A stretch of 64,000 nucleotides of DNA, from the NCBI GenBank assembly GCA_040905715.1, contig JBBDRA010000003.1, positions 135,075 through 199,074 on the forward strand. The letters run 5' to 3'. The position numbers and the translations under genes were made by a program. The first letter of the stretch is position 1. Every line of letters starts with the position of its first letter. Below, piece after piece: positions 1-9,637 of this stretch. The notes beneath the pieces were generated by a model. That model saw only the letters and a program-made list of their open reading frames with translations. It did no database searches and was not told the DNA's origin. The DNA comes from Minisyncoccota bacterium (GTDB taxonomy: Bacteria > Patescibacteriota > Minisyncoccia > Phycocordibacterales > CSBR16-193).

Positions 1-27
1 TTAGTAACTAGCGCTGTATTGTTCTTG

Positions 28-101
28 TGCCTGGGGGCGGACTCGAACCGCCGACCCTTCGCTCTTCAGGCGAATGCTCTAGCCAACTGAGCTACCCAGG
101 C
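28..101 (-). tRNA. tRNA-Phe (anticodon GAA)
   Basis: Reverse complement reads GCCTGGGTAGCTCAGTTGGCTAGAGC...TTCGCCTGAAGAGCGAA...GGTTCGAGTCCGCCCCCAGGCA. The cloverleaf has a 7-bp acceptor stem, a GTTCGAGTC T-loop and an anticodon loop CTGAAGA. CCA is not encoded. Confidence 0.8.
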
Positions 102-140
102 AAATGAAAAGTGTTGCGCAAGAGCCTGTATGCTGACAAA

Positions 141-181
141 TGAGTGTAAAAAGTAAAGTTTTACTTTTCTTTTTACACTCA
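141..181. terminator. Perfect 12-bp inverted repeat hairpin (gagtgtaaaaag / ctttttacactc) downstream of tRNA-Phe
   Basis: tgagtgtaaaaagtaaagttttacttttctttttacactca reads directly as a stem-loop with A/T-rich flanks. It could work as a bidirectional terminator. Confidence 0.4.
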
Positions 182-356
182 TGAAGTCAGCGAGCTTTGC
201 TCGTCTGCCGTTAGGCAGACAGGCTCCTGCATTATCTTTGAGTGCCGCCTGGGCAAGCTTTGCTTTCCCAGGCATTCGGCACCAACTCTGCTCGCTCTCG
301 CATGATTGGCGAGCGCAGTCTGGGCAAGGTATTCCCTTACCCAGTTTTTCAAATAC

Positions 357-665
357 TTACTCCTCCACCACTTCCGTCTCGCCGCCTCCAAAATACCCCT
401 GAGCATTTTCGATGGTCCCCTTGAAGCCGTTGTAGAAATCTCCAAGCTGTTCTATGTATGGCTGAATGAAGTAAAATGCTCCAACGGCTATACCGATAAG
501 GAGCACCCAATAGATGAACGTAAATATACGTCCCCATTGCATGGCGCGGTAAAGCTTGTCTACTCGGGAATGATTATGTTCAACGAGCTCAAGGATCCGT
601 TCCAGTTTCCGACGTTCATCAGGTTCCATACGATGTATACTATACCACAGAGAAGTTAGAATCAA
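357..665 (-). CDS. Small hypothetical membrane protein (one predicted TM helix)
   Basis: 102-aa ORF on the same strand as the hsp20 and prsW-like genes. Hydrophobic segment IFTFIYWVLLIGIAVGAFYFI. No recognisable family. Confidence 0.35.
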   Translation of the reverse strand: MILTSLWYSIHRMEPDERRKLERILELVEHNHSRVDKLYRAMQWGRIFTFIYWVLLIGIAVGAFYFIQPYIEQLGDFYNGFKGTIENAQGYFGGGETEVVEE

Positions 666-682
666 AGTGCGCTATTGCTTCT

Positions 683-1177
683 TTATCCAGTTTTTACACG
701 AACCTTAGCTTCGCGATTTTTGTTTATTTTAGGGAGCTTGATCTCTAAGATGCCGTATCGCTCTGTAGCCTCTGCTTCTTCTACCTCTATTTCTTGCGGC
801 AGGGTAATAGTGCGAGAGAATAATCCCCAGTACAATTCTTGATAATAGTACCTATCATCCGGGACTGATTCATTCATGAGTCTGCGTCCACGGATAGTGA
901 CCATTTCACGTGTGATCGTTACGTCAAGGTCGTCCGGAGAAACTCCGGCAACGATTGTTTTAATAATGATCGCGTCACCGCTCTCGTACAGGTCGACCGT
1001 GAGGTGCCCTTCCTCTTCTTCTTGTGTTTCTTGCGTCCAGTACGTGTCTTGGTCGGGCTGATTCATTTCTTGTGTGAATCCTTGCGGCTCGACGGGCTGG
1101 TCAACTTCGATATCGTCATCATCAAAACGCACTGCCCCGGTTAGTCGTTCAAATAGTGATTGTTTACGTCGTGGCAT
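683..1177 (-). CDS. Hsp20/alpha-crystallin family small heat-shock protein
   Basis: 164 aa. The C-terminal block ERYGILEIKLPK matches the conserved G-x-L-x-I-x-x-P-K end of the alpha-crystallin domain. Acidic N-terminal region. Confidence 0.75.
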   Translation of the reverse strand: MPRRKQSLFERLTGAVRFDDDDIEVDQPVEPQGFTQEMNQPDQDTYWTQETQEEEEGHLTVDLYESGDAIIIKTIVAGVSPDDLDVTITREMVTIRGRRLMNESVPDDRYYYQELYWGLFSRTITLPQEIEVEEAEATERYGILEIKLPKINKNREAKVRVKTG

Positions 1178-1880
1178 TGTGTTTTCTAGTTAGAGCCTTA
1201 ATCTTTTCAAAGAAAAGGAGCAAGATGATAATAGCGCCCCAAACAAGCGCGAAGGCAGCGAATAATAGTTCAGGTGTCTCCTTATGTATACTGTCAATTA
1301 TAAGGTAGTTAAAAGCTGTATGCAATATGATTGCTATACACAAGCCAACACTTACGTAGATGATTCGCAATATTATTCCTTTATAGTAAGCGAACGCAAG
1401 AGCAATACCGACTGTTGCTGAAGCAAGGAGATGGAGAAGCGTGGCACCGATGAAGCGCGTATTGCCTGAAACAAGTCCCTGGGTAAGATTGCCGTCCAGA
1501 AGCGGAGTAAGGAGGTAAAAAACATTTTCGAGAGCCGCGAATCCAAGGGCTGCTGTTATCAGATATATTGGTGCGTCAATCGGTTCATCAAAAGATCTTG
1601 TATTAATGCCGGCTATGTATGATGCGGCAAATTTAACAACTTCTTCTATCGCTGATACTAAGAATAGGGCTGCTGTAAATGTGACAGTGAAATATTTATC
1701 TTGAATGAGCTGAAGCTCTAAGGCAACGATAGCAGCTAGCATTCCGGTAGCAAACGTAATGATAAGCTGCCAGGTCGGTTCCGGGTGCTCTTGGTCTTCT
1801 CTAAGCCAAAACCACAGCCAAAAAAGAGCTGGGAGGATACCGCCGGCGATCGCTAATAAAAGAACAGTGGTTTCGGTCAT
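1164..1880 (-). CDS. PrsW-like intramembrane metalloprotease (multi-TM)
   Basis: 238 aa with at least 6 hydrophobic helices. The EEVVKF segment (E-E-x-x-K) and later His-containing helices (LLHLLASA, ILHTAFNY) resemble PrsW signature motifs. Overlaps the hsp20 gene by 14 nt. Confidence 0.5.
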   Translation of the reverse strand: MTETTVLLLAIAGGILPALFWLWFWLREDQEHPEPTWQLIITFATGMLAAIVALELQLIQDKYFTVTFTAALFLVSAIEEVVKFAASYIAGINTRSFDEPIDAPIYLITAALGFAALENVFYLLTPLLDGNLTQGLVSGNTRFIGATLLHLLASATVGIALAFAYYKGIILRIIYVSVGLCIAIILHTAFNYLIIDSIHKETPELLFAAFALVWGAIIILLLFFEKIKALTRKHNATT

Positions 1881-1892
1881 ATAACGTTATAG

Positions 1893-4136
1893 CTATTGAG
1901 AAGGTGTCTTCGGCCACTGATGGACCATAAGAATGTCATCGGTGCTTGTGGTCGGAAGTAATGACCAGATCTTTTCAGTTATAAAGGGCATAAAAGGATG
2001 GAGTGCAATAATGCTTTGAGTCAAAATATAGTACAGCATCCATTCTGCAGACGCTCGAGTAGCGTCGTCGCTCCCATTTATAGCTTCTTTCTTCTCTTCT
2101 ATAATAACATCAGCAAATGTATGCCAGAAGTAGTCATAAAGTTTTTCTGAGGCAATATGGAGGTGGTATTGGTCGATCTCCTTTGTGGTCGTTTCAAAAA
2201 ACTCCCGAAACTCATTTATGCGTTCCTGATCATCTTGCGTGAGTGTGGGTTCTTCTTTTGTTATGTTCTCAGTTGATACATTGCTCAAAACAAAACGAGA
2301 TGCATTCCATATCTTATTGGCGAAGTGCTTGTAAGCCTTGATCTTGTTCTCAGAGAGCGAAAGATCCGTGCCGGGTGTGTTGCCGACAATGAGAGCCATC
2401 CGCAGTGCATCGGTCCCGAATTTTTCTATCTCTTCGAGTGGGTCGATCGCGTTGCCTTTTGATTTACTCATCTTCTCTCCCTTTGCGTCCCGTACCATGC
2501 CATGCAGGTATACTTTCTCAAACGGAATTTCTCCAAGGTGGTAGGTGCTCATTAAGACCATGCGTGAAACCCAGAACGGAAGAATGTCGTGCCCGGTCTC
2601 GAGCATGCTTGTAGGGTGGTACGTCTCCATATCAGTAGTTTTCTCCGGCCAGCCAAGAGTTGAAAAGGTCCAAAGACCTGAAGAGAACCAGGTATCAAGT
2701 GTGTCCGGGTCCTGCTCCCACCCGTCGCCATCAGGTGCTTCTGTTCCTACATAGATCTCTTGCCCGTCAGCCTTCGGCTGATCGGCCGGAGGCCGATACC
2801 ACACAGGTATTCTGTGACCGTACCAGATCTGCCTGCTAATACACCAATCGCGCAAGTTGTTTACCCAGTTAAGGTAGTTTTTAGTAAATCGATCGGGGAT
2901 GAATTGTATGTCGCCGCCTTCGATCGCGGCTCGCATTAAGGTTTTTAAGGTTACTGTCGCCCCATTCTCAATTCCGGTTATTTTTGACTGGGGAAGAGTA
3001 AATTCTTTGTTAACATCGATAAACCACTGCAACTTCGGTAAAGGCTCGATAATCCCGCCGCTTCTTTGAGCAGTTGAAATGTTCTGCTCGATCACGTCCT
3101 CTTTTTCGAGAAGACCATTTTCTCGTAACCACTTTGCTATCTCCTCACGGGCTTCGCGTGTCTTCTTTCCGTTCAGGAGGTCGTTATCCACTGTCATGCG
3201 TGCGCGTTCATCGATAACCTGGATCATGGGCAGATCGTGTCGTTCAGCTATCTCTGCGTCGGTCATGCTGTGCGCAGGAGTTACTCCAACAGCACCTGTG
3301 CCATATTCAGGATCTATTTCGTTATCGGCAACGATGAGCAGACTGAGGTTAACACCGCAGAATGTTACATCGAACTTCTTTCCGATGTACTGCTTGTATC
3401 GTTTGTCCTCCGGGTGAACTGCCACAGCTGTGTCGCCAACCTTTGTCTCCAGACGGGTTGTGGCTACAGGAATGGGGAAGTCAGCGCTGTAACGAAATGT
3501 GTACAGCGTTGCGGTGCCTTCCTCGTGCTCGACTTCTTCATCCGAAACGGTTGTCCGTCCTTTGGGATCCCAGTTCACAATACGATGACCACGGTAGATA
3601 AGTCCGTCATCGTACATTTTTTTAAAAGCGGTATATACTGCTTTTTGTCTTGGCTCGTCGAGTGTGAATGCCTCCCGCTTCCAATCAACTGACGCCCCCA
3701 TCCTCCTAATCTGATTTTGAATCGTTGACTGGCTTTCTGAGGCAAATTGATGGACCTCCTTAAGGAATGCTTCGCGACCGAGATCCTGTTTTTTAATACC
3801 TTTCTTGTCGAGCAGTTTCTCTACTTTCGATTGGGTTGCAATGGCGGCATGGTCCGTGCCTGGGATCCAGAGAGTTCGATATCCACGCATGCGTTTGTAA
3901 CGAACCATGATGTCCTCTATCGTGATGGTCAGAGCGTGTCCGTCATGCAATACACCGGTTACGTTCGGTGGCGGGAGAACAATAGAAAAACGTGGGGCAT
4001 CCGCAGGAATGACACCTTTTTCTATTTGGTCTTCAGGATGAAAACATCCCGACTCTAGCCAGTGGTCATAGATATTTTCTTCAACACTGCCCGGATCGTA
4101 CGGGGAAAGAAGTTCATTCGGGATATTTTGTTCCAT
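1893..4136 (-). CDS. valS: Valyl-tRNA synthetase (class I aaRS), compact 747-aa form
   Basis: HIGH-region PPPNVTGVLHDGHALT and KMSKSKGN motif. Editing-domain-like middle region. The length is short relative to typical ValRS. Confidence 0.85.
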   Translation of the reverse strand: MEQNIPNELLSPYDPGSVEENIYDHWLESGCFHPEDQIEKGVIPADAPRFSIVLPPPNVTGVLHDGHALTITIEDIMVRYKRMRGYRTLWIPGTDHAAIATQSKVEKLLDKKGIKKQDLGREAFLKEVHQFASESQSTIQNQIRRMGASVDWKREAFTLDEPRQKAVYTAFKKMYDDGLIYRGHRIVNWDPKGRTTVSDEEVEHEEGTATLYTFRYSADFPIPVATTRLETKVGDTAVAVHPEDKRYKQYIGKKFDVTFCGVNLSLLIVADNEIDPEYGTGAVGVTPAHSMTDAEIAERHDLPMIQVIDERARMTVDNDLLNGKKTREAREEIAKWLRENGLLEKEDVIEQNISTAQRSGGIIEPLPKLQWFIDVNKEFTLPQSKITGIENGATVTLKTLMRAAIEGGDIQFIPDRFTKNYLNWVNNLRDWCISRQIWYGHRIPVWYRPPADQPKADGQEIYVGTEAPDGDGWEQDPDTLDTWFSSGLWTFSTLGWPEKTTDMETYHPTSMLETGHDILPFWVSRMVLMSTYHLGEIPFEKVYLHGMVRDAKGEKMSKSKGNAIDPLEEIEKFGTDALRMALIVGNTPGTDLSLSENKIKAYKHFANKIWNASRFVLSNVSTENITKEEPTLTQDDQERINEFREFFETTTKEIDQYHLHIASEKLYDYFWHTFADVIIEEKKEAINGSDDATRASAEWMLYYILTQSIIALHPFMPFITEKIWSLLPTTSTDDILMVHQWPKTPSQ

Positions 4137-4293
4137 AAAATCTGGCGCATTTGTATACTATTGATAGTAGCATATAAAAATGGGCGTTTACAGTGAGCTC
4201 TTTTTGGAAAGAGCAAGTCTTTTTAAGAGACAAAACGATATAATGTCTTTTAAAAATAACGCTTAACCTAGCTGTCCTATTTGGATATATAAT

Positions 4294-4327
4294 GTCCTTT
4301 ATATAAAAACACGATTATATAAAGGAC
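4294..4327. promoter_or_regulatory. Perfect 12-bp inverted repeat GTCCTTTATATA-N10-TATATAAAGGAC in the divergent valS / giant-protein intergenic region
   Basis: Read directly from the sequence. Operator-like dyad symmetry in an AT-rich promoter region. A TTGACA-N18-TAGTAT promoter-like element lies at about 4413-4442. Confidence 0.35.
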
Positions 4328-4662
4328 ACTTTCTAAGTATTATAGCTAATTAGAGCCATATTTTGTTTTTTGTAAGGAGTAACACAGCCTTACCACATAA
4401 TAGATTGTTGATATTGACAAGAGCTAGAGAAGGGGCGTAGTATACATTTGAATATGATCTTTCTCTCAAATTCTATTCCTTCCGCTTAAATAGACCTTCT
4501 GTTTATTTAACCGGTTGGCACTAAATGAAATGACATAGATGAAGTGAGTTTCTTTAAGGGCTCTTGTTGTTGTGTGATCGATCAGATCCACTCTTCTTAA
4601 TTTATTGTTATTGATTGAAGTGTAATTAAAAATCTCCCTAGTTGTCTTAACAGTAGTACGAT

Positions 4663-7600
4663 ATGAATTATTACCAACCGATGATGTGCACATATACGAA
4701 ACGATTACTCTCCGTATGGGTAATTGCCTTCTTTGTGTTTGCTTTTGGTGGCGTTGTGTCAGGTGATGCAACCATTGTGTTTGCGGATAGCGCGACGACA
4801 TCTGAGCAAACACAGGAGCAAGAGGATGGCGAACAGAGTCAGTCTCAGACTCTTGGTGACATGGAGCAGAGTCAGGACCAGTCATTCTTTAATAATACTA
4901 ATGATGACAGTGATGATAGTGAAGAGGAGGATAATAAAAATGAACAAGACGACAATAACAAGGACAAGGAAGAAGAGGGTGATGATCAATCTCAAACTCA
5001 AACACAAGATCAAACATTAGACTCCACTTCAACCTCAACTTCAACACAAGACCAGTCTCAAGAGCAGGATGATGAGGGACAGTCTCAGTTTCAGTCACAA
5101 GATGTGAAAGAAAAGGCTCAGTGTGATAACCCAACCCCAAACGATGATCTGAGCGGTTCTATCGGACAAAATGGCGAGGCAACGGTTACGAACGATTCAG
5201 ACGTATGTGAATACGAGGTAGGACTTGCGTCATACAAAAAGTTCGACAATATCATCGACAACCAGGAGATATTTGATTTTGCAACAACAACAATAGGAAC
5301 AAGCACAACGATCGATCTTTCAATTGATGTGCCGCAGTGTGCATATCAGATCGATCTGTTCCACGGAGACGTGCTCATGTCTCTCGATGGACAGCGATAT
5401 ACAGATCGACTTCTTGATGCTGACCACCCAAACAATGCTGCCGGGTTCTGTGAAGTTCCAGAAGATCCTATCCACCCGACAGCTACTATCTCTGCTGATC
5501 CGGATGAAGTAGAAGAAGGCGACTCGACCGAGATCACGTGGGGTTCTGAGGATGCAGTTTCGTGTGAAAGTGATGATTTTGACACGGACAACGCAACATC
5601 AGGAACGATTACAGTAGACAATATTGTGAACGATACTACGTTTGAAGTGACCTGTGAGTCAGAAACCGGACACACGGCTTCTGACAGCGTGACTGTTGTA
5701 GTAACTCAGAAGGAGGAGTCGCAGCAATGTGAAAACCCTGATCCAAATGGTGACCTGAGCGGCTCTATCGGAAAAGATGGCGAGGCAACGGTTACGAACG
5801 ATTCAGACGTATGTGAATACGAGGTAGGACTTGCGTCATACAAAAAGTTCGACAATATCATCGACAACCAGGAGATATTTGATTTTGCAACAACAACAAT
5901 AGGAACAAGCACAACGATCGATCTTTCAATTGATGTGCCGCAGTGTGCATATCAGATCGATCTGTTCCACGGAGACGTGCTCATGTCTCTCGATGGACAG
6001 CGATATACAGATCGACTTCTTGATGCTGACCACCCAAACAATGCTGCCGGGTTCTGTGAAGTTCCAGAAGATCCTATCCACCCGACAGCTACTATCTCTG
6101 CTGATCCGGATGAAGTAGAAGAAGGCGACTCGACCGAGATCACGTGGGGTTCTGAGGATGCAGTTTCGTGTGAAAGTGATGATTTTGACACGGACAACGC
6201 AACATCAGGAACGATTACAGTAGACAATATTGTGAACGATACTACGTTTGAAGTGACCTGTGAGTCAGAAACCGGACACACTGATTCAGATAGTGTAACG
6301 GTTACTGTTATCGACGATGAGATCGAATGGTGTTCGTTTGAAGGTAAGGTCATTGACCACACGGATCACAGCGATGCTAAAACTCACAATGGTAGTGCTG
6401 TAAATTCAGATCGACGTGATGTTGACGGGGTTGAGAACGGACCGGCCTCAAACGTAAATACAGCCGGACAAGAGAAAAACTACTCGACTGACGACTTCTT
6501 CTCGTTAGGTGTTAATGGTTATCTTGTGTACGAATTCACAGACTCTGTGGTATTTGACCAAGCAGGAGCTGACATTGCTATCTACGAGATCACCGGTGGA
6601 GACGAAGATGAACAAACAGAGGAGAAGATAGAAGTATTGGTAAGTACCGATAACGTTACATATGAATCGCTCGGAATGTATACCGGTGACGCGTATGTAG
6701 ATATCGATTCTGCAGACCTACCGTTTGTAAAATACATTAAGCTTGTGGACCACACTCCGCACAACGTTCACGGTGGAGGCGGAGATGGCTACGATGTAGA
6801 CGCGATTATTATTTTGAATGGAAGTTGCGGAGATGCTGTGCTTCCATCAGTAGATCTCAAAGCTAACGGACAAAACGGACCGATCACCATCGACGAAGGA
6901 TCAACCACAACCCTCTCATGGGATGTAGAGGACGCAGATAGCTGTGTTGCCGGAGGCGACTGGAGCGGTTCAAAGACTGCAACGTCAAGCTCAGAGAACC
7001 TTGGCGAGTTGAGCGTCGGCAACTACTCATTCGACCTCACTTGTGCAAACGAACACGGCACCTCAAGTGATAGTGTTGATGTGACTGTCGAGGAGGATAC
7101 GAATGGTGGCGACGATGATAAAGAAATGACGATCGTTGCTTCTAAGATCGTTTGTGAAGATGAATCCGATCTGCCTAACTGGCACAGTGGTTCAAGTATT
7201 GATGCTGATACAGCGCAAACATTTGTCGACAACAATCCATCATGTGAATTTGCTGACGACTGGTCATTCCAATGGGGATATGAGGGAGTTAATGAGCTTC
7301 CAGGTGATCACATTGGAGAAGCTGATGGCTCAGCCGGTGTAGGTACTGATACTGGATCAGGGTCTGATGACTGGAAAACGTTCGGCCCTACCAACGCTAG
7401 CGGAACAGCTACGGTTGAGATAGAAGATACAAAAGATTCTTCACGTATCTGGGTTCGCGAAGTACTGAAGGATGGATTTGTGTCCTTTAGTGACGCAAAC
7501 TCACAGTCAGGCAATGTATCCGCTGAGATGTGGTGCCACAATGATGTTCTCAATTACGATAACTACGACTTTATTTCCAACCCACAGCTGGATAAAACAT

Positions 7601-9564
7601 ATTACTGTGTTTCAATCAACGCACTGATTGACACTGCAACAACGACGCTTCCATCAGTAGATCTCAAAGCTAACGGACAAAACGGACCGATCACCATCGA
7701 CGAAGGATCAACCACAACCCTCTCATGGGATGTAGAGGACGCAGATAGCTGTGTTGCCGGAGGCGACTGGAGCGGTTCAAAGACTGCAACGTCAAGCTCA
7801 GAGAACCTTGGCGAGTTGAGCGTCGGCAACTACTCATTCGACCTCACTTGTGCAAACGAACACGGCACCTCAAGTGATAGTGTTGATGTGAAGGTTAAGA
7901 AAGACGGAAACGGTGGTGGAGGCGACAACAAACCTGACGTTGACCTCAAAGCAAATGGCTCTAACGGACCGATCACTATCGATGAAGGATCGACAACAAC
8001 ATTGTCATGGACACTCGATCATGACCCGGAGACCTGTGTAGCTGGCGGTGACTGGAGTGGTTCAAAGGCTACAAGCTCTGACTCGGAATCACTTGGCCTG
8101 CTTAGTGTTGGTGACTACACGTTTGATCTCACGTGTGCAAACGAACACGGCACCTCAACCGATAGCGTTGATGTGACTGTCGAGGAGGACAACAACGGCG
8201 GTGGAGGGAACAAAGCTCCGACCGTTGACCTCAAGGCAAATGGCAGCAACTCTCTTACTGTAGATGAGGACACCGAAATAACTCTTGATTGGAGTATTGG
8301 CAACAACCCGGAGACATGTGTCGCCGGAGGCGATTGGAGTGGCTCTAAGGCTACAAGTTCTGATTCAGAACTTCTTGGTGAACTCAGTGAGGGAAATTAC
8401 AGTTACACGCTAACGTGTGCAAACGAACACGGCACCTCAAGTGACAGTGTTAATGTGACTGTTGAGGATGACAACAACGGTGGTGGAGGTGGTACCGGTG
8501 GAGGCAGTATAGTTACCGGCGGATGGATCGGCAATGGTATCGAACCTGACAGGAGACCGGAAGGTGAAGTGCTTGGTATTCAGTCATGTTCATACCTTGA
8601 AGACTTCTTGCACATTGACTGGAACAACGACCCTGTTGAAGTTGCTAAGCTTCAGTACTTCCTCAGAGAGTTTGAAGGCTACAATATCGATGTGACCACG
8701 GTCTTTGACCAGCACACCTATAACACAGTAGTTGATTTCCAGGAGCGATACTTCGACGAAGTACTTGCTCCGTGGGATCACACAGGGGGTACCGGCTTCG
8801 TTTACATCACTACTAAAACGAGGATCAACGAGATCGTTTGTCAGGAGGAGATCAACTTCACCGATGCGGAGCGCGAAGAGATGAGAGAGTTCCGTTCCTA
8901 CCTTGCTTCTATAGGGGGTGATTGGAGAGGTGGTCAAGGTGGTTTTGGAGCGGTTAGCGACACCAATGGTAGTGTTGCCGGAGTGAATGGTGTTGGTGGC
9001 GATAGCCCTGCTGCAGATGATCAGGATGATAATGCAGATGAAACAGGAACAACCTCAACCAGTAGTGGAGCAACGGACACCACGAACGGCTATCTAAGTA
9101 CGGTGGCTGATGTGTTAGGTACAGGTACAGGCACCATGGCCTCCTTCGCCGCTTCAGCTCTTAACTTCCCAAACACTACTGCTGAAGCTGCGCAGTGCTT
9201 GGTTAATCTTCTTTTGGTCCTTGCTATCATATTCTTGATAGGTACGATCATTGTGAACGCCCAAGAAACAGAGCACCTTTCAAAGAACACGCTGTGGGCT
9301 CGGCGCATCATGATCTATATTCTTGGAACCATTGTTGCCGGAGGTATTGCTTACTTTACAGCGCTATTCTGTCTCATTGTTCCATTGCTCGTTGTTCTTA
9401 TTATTCTTGCGGTCTCACTCTTGCTTGTGGTCAACAAGGATAATGGAGAAATTGAAAACGACGCAGTGTCTAATGGTGACCATGGATCTTCGTCCGGTAA
9501 TGGAGAAAAGAAAGGTCTTCGTGATTCAGTTCGATTTCACGAGGGGCATTCACATTCTCACTAG
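4663..9564 (+). CDS. Giant (1633 aa) acidic repeat-rich surface protein: N-terminal signal/anchor, D/E/Q/S/T low-complexity region, tandem ~200-aa repeats, four Ig-like ~85-aa repeats, PG_binding_1-like domain, C-terminal TM helices, His-rich tail
   Basis: N-terminal hydrophobic segment LLSVWVIAFFVFAFGGVVSG. Ig-like repeats carry the pattern LSW..C.AGGDWSGSK...G.Y.F.LTCANEHGTS.DSV.V. The segment VAKLQYFLREFEGYNIDVTTVFDQHTYNTVVDFQERY matches the peptidoglycan-binding-domain-1 signature. C-terminal helices are LVNLLLVLAIIFLIGTIIV and ALFCLIVPLLVVLIILAVSLLLVV. The tail is HEGHSHSH. Confidence 0.7.
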   Translation: MNYYQPMMCTYTKRLLSVWVIAFFVFAFGGVVSGDATIVFADSATTSEQTQEQEDGEQSQSQTLGDMEQSQDQSFFNNTNDDSDDSEEEDNKNEQDDNNKDKEEEGDDQSQTQTQDQTLDSTSTSTSTQDQSQEQDDEGQSQFQSQDVKEKAQCDNPTPNDDLSGSIGQNGEATVTNDSDVCEYEVGLASYKKFDNIIDNQEIFDFATTTIGTSTTIDLSIDVPQCAYQIDLFHGDVLMSLDGQRYTDRLLDADHPNNAAGFCEVPEDPIHPTATISADPDEVEEGDSTEITWGSEDAVSCESDDFDTDNATSGTITVDNIVNDTTFEVTCESETGHTASDSVTVVVTQKEESQQCENPDPNGDLSGSIGKDGEATVTNDSDVCEYEVGLASYKKFDNIIDNQEIFDFATTTIGTSTTIDLSIDVPQCAYQIDLFHGDVLMSLDGQRYTDRLLDADHPNNAAGFCEVPEDPIHPTATISADPDEVEEGDSTEITWGSEDAVSCESDDFDTDNATSGTITVDNIVNDTTFEVTCESETGHTDSDSVTVTVIDDEIEWCSFEGKVIDHTDHSDAKTHNGSAVNSDRRDVDGVENGPASNVNTAGQEKNYSTDDFFSLGVNGYLVYEFTDSVVFDQAGADIAIYEITGGDEDEQTEEKIEVLVSTDNVTYESLGMYTGDAYVDIDSADLPFVKYIKLVDHTPHNVHGGGGDGYDVDAIIILNGSCGDAVLPSVDLKANGQNGPITIDEGSTTTLSWDVEDADSCVAGGDWSGSKTATSSSENLGELSVGNYSFDLTCANEHGTSSDSVDVTVEEDTNGGDDDKEMTIVASKIVCEDESDLPNWHSGSSIDADTAQTFVDNNPSCEFADDWSFQWGYEGVNELPGDHIGEADGSAGVGTDTGSGSDDWKTFGPTNASGTATVEIEDTKDSSRIWVREVLKDGFVSFSDANSQSGNVSAEMWCHNDVLNYDNYDFISNPQLDKTYYCVSINALIDTATTTLPSVDLKANGQNGPITIDEGSTTTLSWDVEDADSCVAGGDWSGSKTATSSSENLGELSVGNYSFDLTCANEHGTSSDSVDVKVKKDGNGGGGDNKPDVDLKANGSNGPITIDEGSTTTLSWTLDHDPETCVAGGDWSGSKATSSDSESLGLLSVGDYTFDLTCANEHGTSTDSVDVTVEEDNNGGGGNKAPTVDLKANGSNSLTVDEDTEITLDWSIGNNPETCVAGGDWSGSKATSSDSELLGELSEGNYSYTLTCANEHGTSSDSVNVTVEDDNNGGGGGTGGGSIVTGGWIGNGIEPDRRPEGEVLGIQSCSYLEDFLHIDWNNDPVEVAKLQYFLREFEGYNIDVTTVFDQHTYNTVVDFQERYFDEVLAPWDHTGGTGFVYITTKTRINEIVCQEEINFTDAEREEMREFRSYLASIGGDWRGGQGGFGAVSDTNGSVAGVNGVGGDSPAADDQDDNADETGTTSTSSGATDTTNGYLSTVADVLGTGTGTMASFAASALNFPNTTAEAAQCLVNLLLVLAIIFLIGTIIVNAQETEHLSKNTLWARRIMIYILGTIVAGGIAYFTALFCLIVPLLVVLIILAVSLLLVVNKDNGEIENDAVSNGDHGSSSGNGEKKGLRDSVRFHEGHSHSH
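5118..6304. repeat. Two near-perfect tandem copies of a 606-bp unit inside the giant gene
   Basis: Spurious ORFs at 5324..5512 and 5930..6118 are identical (offset 606 nt), and so are those at 5346..5675 and the tail of 5952..6362. The encoded ~185-aa segments, GEATVTNDSDVCEYEV...FEVTCESETGHT, are identical between copies. Confidence 0.8.
6835..7095. repeat. Copy 1 of a ~255-bp perfect repeat (Ig-like domain) inside the giant gene
   Basis: Encodes LPSVDLKANGQNGPITIDEGSTTTLSWDVEDADSCVAGGDWSGSKTATSSSENLGELSVGNYSFDLTCANEHGTSSDSVDV. It is identical to the copy at about 7648-7905 at the protein level and essentially identical at the nucleotide level. Confidence 0.75.
7648..7905. repeat. Copy 2 of the ~255-bp perfect repeat; two more diverged copies follow at about 7920-8190 and 8220-8470
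   Basis: Same peptide as copy 1. Copies 3 and 4 are roughly 70% identical (DLKANGSNGPITIDEGSTTTLSWTLDHDPETCVAGGDWSGSKATSSDSE...). Confidence 0.75.
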
Positions 9565-9585
9565 AAAAAGTCTTTATACTAATGA

Positions 9586-9628
9586 AAAGAAAAACACCGG
9601 TTTTTGCACCGGTGTTTTTCTTTTTGTG
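9586..9628. terminator. Rho-independent bidirectional terminator between the giant gene (+) and tsaD (-)
   Basis: aaaaaCACCGGTttttgcACCGGTGtttttctttttgtg: a 7-bp GC-rich stem with an A-run upstream and a T-run downstream. Confidence 0.6.
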
Positions 9629-9637
9629 TAGTAGCAC

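Noticed and set aside
2338-4058. Multiple plus-strand ORFs (68-151 aa) inside the valS region
   Set aside because: They are antisense to a well-supported 747-aa ValRS ORF. They are Ser/Arg/Cys-rich low-complexity translations with no motifs.
4898-8937. Many minus-strand and alternate-frame ORFs (60-136 aa) within the giant gene, including duplicated pairs at 5118..5306/5706..5912 and 5324..5512/5930..6118
   Set aside because: They are frame-shifted or antisense readings of the giant ORF. Their duplication simply mirrors the DNA tandem repeat. They were useful only as evidence of the repeat.
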